Origin: a bacterium
Lineage (GTDB): Bacteria > Electryoneota > JAOADG01
Assembly (NCBI GenBank): GCA_963681965.1
Contig: OY820579.1
Span: forward strand, 3,040,001 to 3,104,000
Length of the DNA stretch: 64,000 bases
Direction of reading: 5' to 3'
The notes beneath the pieces were generated by a model that was given only the letters and a program-made list of their open reading frames with translations, was not told the DNA's origin and did not search any database. Positions 58,992 through 64,000 of this stretch are shown piece by piece. Position 1 is the stretch's first letter, and every line of letters starts with the position of its first letter. Both the position numbers and the translations under genes were made by a program.

Positions 58992-61595
58992 ATGCGACTG
59001 TGTGCTGTTCGACGATGGCTGGTAGGGCTGTTCTTTATTAGCCTGATTGGCTCGACCTTCGCAGTCTCGGTACAATCCTCGCGATTGCCGCACCCGTTTC
59101 AGTTTACCGAGAACAAAGGGCAGTGGGATTCAGCGGTCGTATACAAGTGCGAGGTGCGCCGCGACGGCTTCACGTGGTTCCTTGAGCGCGATGGCGTCAC
59201 CCTTGTCACCTCCGTAATCGATTCATCTTCTTTGGTAGGGGCGGTTCGCGAACCGCCCGTGTCCGTTAATGATTCACGATTTGATCCCAATGGTCGTATC
59301 CCACATCCTCGGTTAAAATCTCACGCGCTCAAATTCAAATTCGTGCAACCATCCGGGGACACGGGCGGTTCGCGAACCGCCCCTACCATGAATAAATACG
59401 CCTCCGCGAAATGGATTGATGCACAAGGTGAACTATCCTGGCACAACAATTATTTCTTGGGGAATGATTCTACGAAGTGGGCACCGGATTGCCGCAATTT
59501 CTCTCGCGTGGTGTATCATGACGTGTGGCAAGGAATCGATGTCGAATGGTATGAGAGCAAAGGTCATCTCGAATTCGATTTTGTGGTACATCCCGGTGCC
59601 GATCCCAAGCAAATCAAGCTGGTGTGTGAGGGGTTGGAAGCGCCAATCGCAGGCGGAGGACGGACACTCTTGTCCGTCGACTCAGATATTTCTGTCACAA
59701 AAGGGAGTCGGACAGGAGTGTCCGACCTCCACTTATCGAATGAACTTTCGCTTCCCACCTCCCTCGGTGAATTGCGGATGTCGATTCCGGGCGCATACCA
59801 AACCACCGCGAATGGCACTCATGGAAACACTGTCACGGCACAATTCAGACTCGTTTCAGAAAATCTCTTCGCCATCGCTTTGCCGAACGGGTACGATAAC
59901 TCGCAGACGCTCCGAATCGATCCGCTGGTGTATAGTACGTATTTGGGAGGTGGTGGAAACGATTATGGCGATGGCATCGTCGATGACGGAAGTGGGGGAG
60001 TCATCGTTTGTGGTTGCACAAACAGCTTCGATTTTCCAGTCACTGCCGGAGCCATCGATGTTAGCTACAATGGTGCATCGGTTGGTACTGGCGACTGTTT
60101 CGTCACAAGAGTGGATAGTACTTTTTCACAACTGATTTATAGTACTTTTCTCGGTGGACCGGGTGACGATCGCGCGGAAAGTATTGTCAGTGATTCTTTG
60201 GGTAATTGCACGATCACCGGGTATGCCGATACTCTGTTTCCGACCACTAGTGGTTCATTTGACAGACTATTCAATGGCTCAGAGTGGGATTGTTTTGTAG
60301 CTCGATTAAATAGCTCTGGCTCGAGATTGATATATAGTACTTATCTGGGCGGTTCATCTTGGGATCGAGGTCATTCGATTATCAATGATGATAGTGGTGG
60401 TGTTTTTATCGGTGGAAAATCTTGGAGCGACAATTTTCCGACCACTGAAGGCGCATACAACACGACCAATTCTGGTGGATTTGTCGCTCATTTAAACAAT
60501 ACCGGTTCTGGTCTGATCTATAGCACCTTTCTCGGGCGCGGTCCAGAATTATGGTCGATTACATCAGATGGGTCGGGGGGAATATTCGCAACTGGACATA
60601 CATTAACTGGATTATATACAACCCCCAATGCGTTCGATACGACTTATAATGGCGGTGAAACCGATGCATTTGTACTACGCTTGAATTCGACCGGCTCGCA
60701 GTTGCTGTACAGTACTTATCTCGGTGGTTCCGGCGACCGTGAATGGGCAGTTGGGATTACAGGTGATGGAAACGGTAACTGTTTTGTAACAGGTTCTACT
60801 ACCAGTCCCAATTTTCCAATTACAGTCGGTGGGTTTGATACAGTCTATAACGGAGGCACCACAGTTATCGGTGATTGTTTTATTTCATATCTCAACAGCA
60901 CTGGATCGAATCTTTTATACAGTACTTATCTCGGTGGTTCTGGTGAGGATGCAGGTAGGGGAATCCTGTACTATGCTGATACTAGTGTTACCATTGTGGG
61001 GGGAACAAAGGGTACTGACTTTCCAACTACAATAGGCGCTTATTCAGAACACCTTAACGGTACAGGAAACTGTTTTGTAACTCATCTTAAAGTCAATACA
61101 TCTCGATTAATTTACAGCACGTATTTTGGTGGGACAGGCAGCGATGTCGCTTATGCATGTATGAAACACCATTCTGATGGAATCATTTTTACTGGTATTT
61201 GTGGACCTGGTTTTCCCACGACCCCGGAGGTCGGTGACACGAGTTTCAACGGGGTTACTGATGGCTTCATTGCGCGTTTGACACTTATTCCGGACTCATC
61301 AGCCAGTACACCGGAACGATTCATACAACCATCCGGTTTCGCTTTGGCGCAGAATTACCCGAATCCGTTCAACTCCACCGCCACTCTTTCCTACACAATC
61401 CCAATCACTTCTCATGTCGATCTCCGTCTTTACGACATTACCGGTCGCGAAGTATCGACGCTGGTGCAGCGCGAACAAATTGCCGGAACCTATCGTGTGT
61501 TGCTCGATGGTTCGCGCTTGGCGAGTGGAACCTATTTCGTGCGATTGCAGGCGGGTGCGTTTTCGAAGACCCAGAAGATCGTGCTGTTGAAGTAG
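58992..61595 (+). CDS. Secreted SBBP (beta-propeller repeat) protein with T9SS-type C-terminal domain
   Basis: Signal peptide; FTENKGQW, NYFLGND..KW, IDPLVYSTYLGG, repeated L.YST(Y/F)LGG/FPTT.GA(F/Y)D; QNYPNPFN...SGTYF...K. Confidence 0.9.
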   Translation: MRLCAVRRWLVGLFFISLIGSTFAVSVQSSRLPHPFQFTENKGQWDSAVVYKCEVRRDGFTWFLERDGVTLVTSVIDSSSLVGAVREPPVSVNDSRFDPNGRIPHPRLKSHALKFKFVQPSGDTGGSRTAPTMNKYASAKWIDAQGELSWHNNYFLGNDSTKWAPDCRNFSRVVYHDVWQGIDVEWYESKGHLEFDFVVHPGADPKQIKLVCEGLEAPIAGGGRTLLSVDSDISVTKGSRTGVSDLHLSNELSLPTSLGELRMSIPGAYQTTANGTHGNTVTAQFRLVSENLFAIALPNGYDNSQTLRIDPLVYSTYLGGGGNDYGDGIVDDGSGGVIVCGCTNSFDFPVTAGAIDVSYNGASVGTGDCFVTRVDSTFSQLIYSTFLGGPGDDRAESIVSDSLGNCTITGYADTLFPTTSGSFDRLFNGSEWDCFVARLNSSGSRLIYSTYLGGSSWDRGHSIINDDSGGVFIGGKSWSDNFPTTEGAYNTTNSGGFVAHLNNTGSGLIYSTFLGRGPELWSITSDGSGGIFATGHTLTGLYTTPNAFDTTYNGGETDAFVLRLNSTGSQLLYSTYLGGSGDREWAVGITGDGNGNCFVTGSTTSPNFPITVGGFDTVYNGGTTVIGDCFISYLNSTGSNLLYSTYLGGSGEDAGRGILYYADTSVTIVGGTKGTDFPTTIGAYSEHLNGTGNCFVTHLKVNTSRLIYSTYFGGTGSDVAYACMKHHSDGIIFTGICGPGFPTTPEVGDTSFNGVTDGFIARLTLIPDSSASTPERFIQPSGFALAQNYPNPFNSTATLSYTIPITSHVDLRLYDITGREVSTLVQREQIAGTYRVLLDGSRLASGTYFVRLQAGAFSKTQKIVLLK
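59233..59388. repeat. Intragenic inverted REP pair (32-bp perfect inverted repeat, 92-bp spacer)
   Basis: TGGTAGGGGCGGTTCGCGAACCGCCCGTGTCC at 59233..59264 and its exact reverse complement at 59357..59388. Confidence 0.9.
59653..59732. repeat. Second intragenic inverted REP pair (GTGG-type)
   Basis: GCGGAGGACGGACACTCTTGTCCGTC vs reverse complement GTGGAGGTCGGACACTCCTGTCCGAC (22/26). Confidence 0.8.
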
Positions 61596-61853
61596 GGGCG
61601 ACCCACTGCGGTCGCATACCTTTTTTTCTGTAGGAGCGGATCCCCTCATCCGCCGCAAGCGGCAACGTCGTTGCCGCCGTAGGGGCGTATAACAAAGACA
61701 AAATCAGGATACAAGATACAAGATACCTGAAGATTGCTTCGTCACTTCGCTACGGCTATCCGCCTACGGCGGATGATCCTTCGCTGCATTCCTCGCAACG
61801 ACAAATCAAGATACATGATTCAAAATGTGGGCGACCGCAGTGGGTCGCCCTAC
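61592..61853. repeat. Mosaic REP/RPE-like cluster bounded by an inverted REP pair
   Basis: GTAGGGGCGACCCACTGCGGTCGC (61592) and inverted copy (61829..61853) enclose other GTAG units, GATACAA tandems and GATTGCTTCGTC...TTCCTCGCAACGAC. Confidence 0.85.
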
Positions 61854-62082
61854 TACAAATTAGAAGAAATGGTCAGAACAAGTTCTGACCTACGGAAAAG
61901 AAGAATTACGCCCAATCGGAGTTGGGCAGTACTGCAAGAAAAGATTCAACAACTCTGGCTCGGAGACCTGCACTCCCCAATCGTCTCCGCAATTGAATTC
62001 GATTGTCCCGTTATGTACATTGCTTGATACCCGCGCAAATTCGCATTGATCTCTATTGCCAATGAAAATTGTAGGAGTTTCT

Positions 62083-63117
62083 ATGACCGTCGACCTTCGA
62101 TCCGATACCGTAACCCGCCCCTCGAAAGCAATGCTTGCCGCAATGATGGCTGCCGAAGTCGGCGATGATGTCTTTGGCGACGACCCATCAGTGATCAAGT
62201 TGCAAGAGACAGTTGCCGATCTGACTGGTAAAGAAGCAGCGCTTTTCGTACCGTCCGGCACCATGTCCAATCAGATTGCGTTGCATGTGGCGACAACACC
62301 CGGCGACGAAATCTACTGCGACGAAGGGGCACACATCCTCAACTTCGAAGCCGGTGCCGGTCCACTTCTTTCAGGCATCCAACTCTATCCGATCCGAGGT
62401 GATCGCGGAATATTTACTCCGGATCAAATCGAAGAACGGTTACGCCCACCGAACAACGAGCACTTCGCGCCATCAAGATTAGTGGAAGTGGAGAATACCC
62501 ATAACCGCGCTGGCGGTGTCGTCTGGAAAGTAGAACAGATGTCGGTTCTGCAACAATTCTGTAACGAACGCGGTTTGCATCTTCACCTCGACGGTGCCCG
62601 AATCTGGAACGCAGCAGCAGCGACTGGTCTAAACATCCGCGCTTGGACCGATCTCGCCGACTCTGTTTCGGTCTGTTTCTCCAAAGGACTCGGTTGTCCG
62701 GTCGGATCTGCGTTATGCGGCAGCAAGGAATTCATTTCGAAAGCTCGCCGAGCGCGAAAACGCTTCGGAGGCGGCATGCGCCAGTCCGGGTATTTAGCGG
62801 CAGCAGCGCTCTACGCGCTAACCAACAATCGCGAACGACTCACTGAAGATCACCGCCGTGCACAACTCTTAGCACAAGCATTGCAAGCTTTGGGATACCG
62901 AATCGACGCGAAACTCGTTGAAACGAACATCATCATATTCGAATTACCGGACCAGAGCGATGCTACACAACTCGTCAATTTCGGTAAGGAAAACGGAGTT
63001 TGGTTTACATCTTTCATGAAGACGAGAATGCGTGTCGTAACTCATCTTGACCTTGACGATGAAAAAATTACGAAGGCAATTGACGTCTTTGAAAAATTCT
63101 TGAAATTCAATCGATAA
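62083..63117 (+). CDS. ltaE: Low-specificity L-threonine aldolase
   Basis: DLRSDTVT.P, GDDVFGDDP, PSGTMSN, ENTHN, HLDGAR, FSKGLG.P; AGGAG RBS. Confidence 0.95.
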   Translation: MTVDLRSDTVTRPSKAMLAAMMAAEVGDDVFGDDPSVIKLQETVADLTGKEAALFVPSGTMSNQIALHVATTPGDEIYCDEGAHILNFEAGAGPLLSGIQLYPIRGDRGIFTPDQIEERLRPPNNEHFAPSRLVEVENTHNRAGGVVWKVEQMSVLQQFCNERGLHLHLDGARIWNAAAATGLNIRAWTDLADSVSVCFSKGLGCPVGSALCGSKEFISKARRARKRFGGGMRQSGYLAAAALYALTNNRERLTEDHRRAQLLAQALQALGYRIDAKLVETNIIIFELPDQSDATQLVNFGKENGVWFTSFMKTRMRVVTHLDLDDEKITKAIDVFEKFLKFNR

Positions 63118-63462
63118 ATACCGATAACTCACTCAAATTGGTTCGAAATACGCCGCGAATTCCGATCGTAACTCGTGTAATTCGCTTGAATTTCTACGCT
63201 TCTCACAATGATCTCGATTTGTGAAAGAATTTGCAATGATCCAAGAAATTCTGTATCTTTTCGGCAGTTTGAGGTTAGATCCTACGTTTTTCCCACGAAG
63301 GACACCAGCTCTGTAAAAACCCAACCTCGTTCGAGGCTATATTATCTAGTTGATATTACTAAAATGATTCAATGGTAGGTAGTCATTTTTACGAACGGAT
63401 TTCGGTCGATTATTATGCGGGAATATTCACAAACTATGTTTATCTCTCTGCGGGGGTAGTAC

Positions 63463-64000
63463 ATGCTCTTTCGGATCGTATCGAAAAGTGCTTTCAAGAA
63501 GTTTATCGAGTCGCTCTTGGAATCGACGGAAGTCGTCGCGCCCAAACGAGTTGGATCGCACGCTGACGGAAAGCCAGTAAATCAGTTTCTACCGGTCGAA
63601 AAGTTCGACGAAATCGAATTCAGTCATGAAAAATGCGATTTCTCGGCGAAGACTTATTTTCTTCCGTTCAAAGCGAGACTGTCCACCTTTAAACTCAATG
63701 AGAACGATTGGGAACAAGTGATCCAATATCGGATCTTCCCGCGAGCAATCGTTGGACTTCATCCATGCGATATCAATGCCTTATTGAAGCTGGATAAAGT
63801 CTTTGCCCGCGAGTTTTATCCCAATCCTTATTATATCTCGCGGCGACGCAATACTTTTATTGTCGGTATCGATCACGATCCCTGCGATGACGGTTTCTGC
63901 CACGCTTTGAACGCCAATAACGTCACCCACGGTTTCGATTTGTTCCTAACCGATTTAGGCGATCGTTATTTCGTTAAAATCAATTCCGACCGCGCATTCA
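63463..64000 (+). CDS. Partial 4Fe-4S protein, sulfhydrogenase beta (HydB)/AsrA-like; runs off the window end
   Basis: Hand translation MLFRIVSK...SAKTYFLP...GLHPCDINAL..LD.VF....PNPYY..RR...FIVG...C...FC...GFDLFLTDLGD; missing from the ORF track because there is no stop. Confidence 0.8.
   Translation, partial: MLFRIVSKSAFKKFIESLLESTEVVAPKRVGSHADGKPVNQFLPVEKFDEIEFSHEKCDFSAKTYFLPFKARLSTFKLNENDWEQVIQYRIFPRAIVGLHPCDINALLKLDKVFAREFYPNPYYISRRRNTFIVGIDHDPCDDGFCHALNANNVTHGFDLFLTDLGDRYFVKINSDRAF

Overview
Mostly housekeeping chromosome of a Gram-negative bacterium. It is inferred to be FCB-superphylum-related (Calditrichota/Ignavibacteria-like candidate lineage) from three secreted proteins with 'YPNPFN' T9SS/FlgD-type C-terminal tails, the HU and SSB variants and a TIGR03991-type GlmU-like protein. 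Most genes are on the minus strand. Core content: glycolysis (pfkA, gap, pgk), leuS-murI-folC-rho, the ispE-spoVG-tRNA-Gln-prs-rplY-pth-rpsF-ssb-rpsR-rplI cluster, gcvT-comB-ftsK-cpsB-wzc, a WbpB/D/E-like sugar cluster and three tRNAs (Lys-CTT, Pro-CGG, Gln-TTG). The right third is more accessory: secreted repeat proteins, a hybrid histidine kinase, TonB, a flagellin-MerR-flagellin module with sigma28 promoters, ALDH, ltaE and a truncated sulfhydrogenase beta-like gene. The most notable unannotated signals are: (1) a family of GTAG/GTGG REP-like palindromes forming inverted pairs at three scales, namely in frame inside a secreted SBBP protein, as mosaic clusters with RPE-like palindromes after secreted-protein genes, and bracketing a whole cyclase gene; (2) a Leu-Leu-Leu leader peptide with terminator/antiterminator geometry upstream of leuS; (3) a 45-bp duplication of the tRNA-Lys 3' half. 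No CRISPR array, transposase or integrase was seen. All calls come from reading the sequence; no database searches were run.
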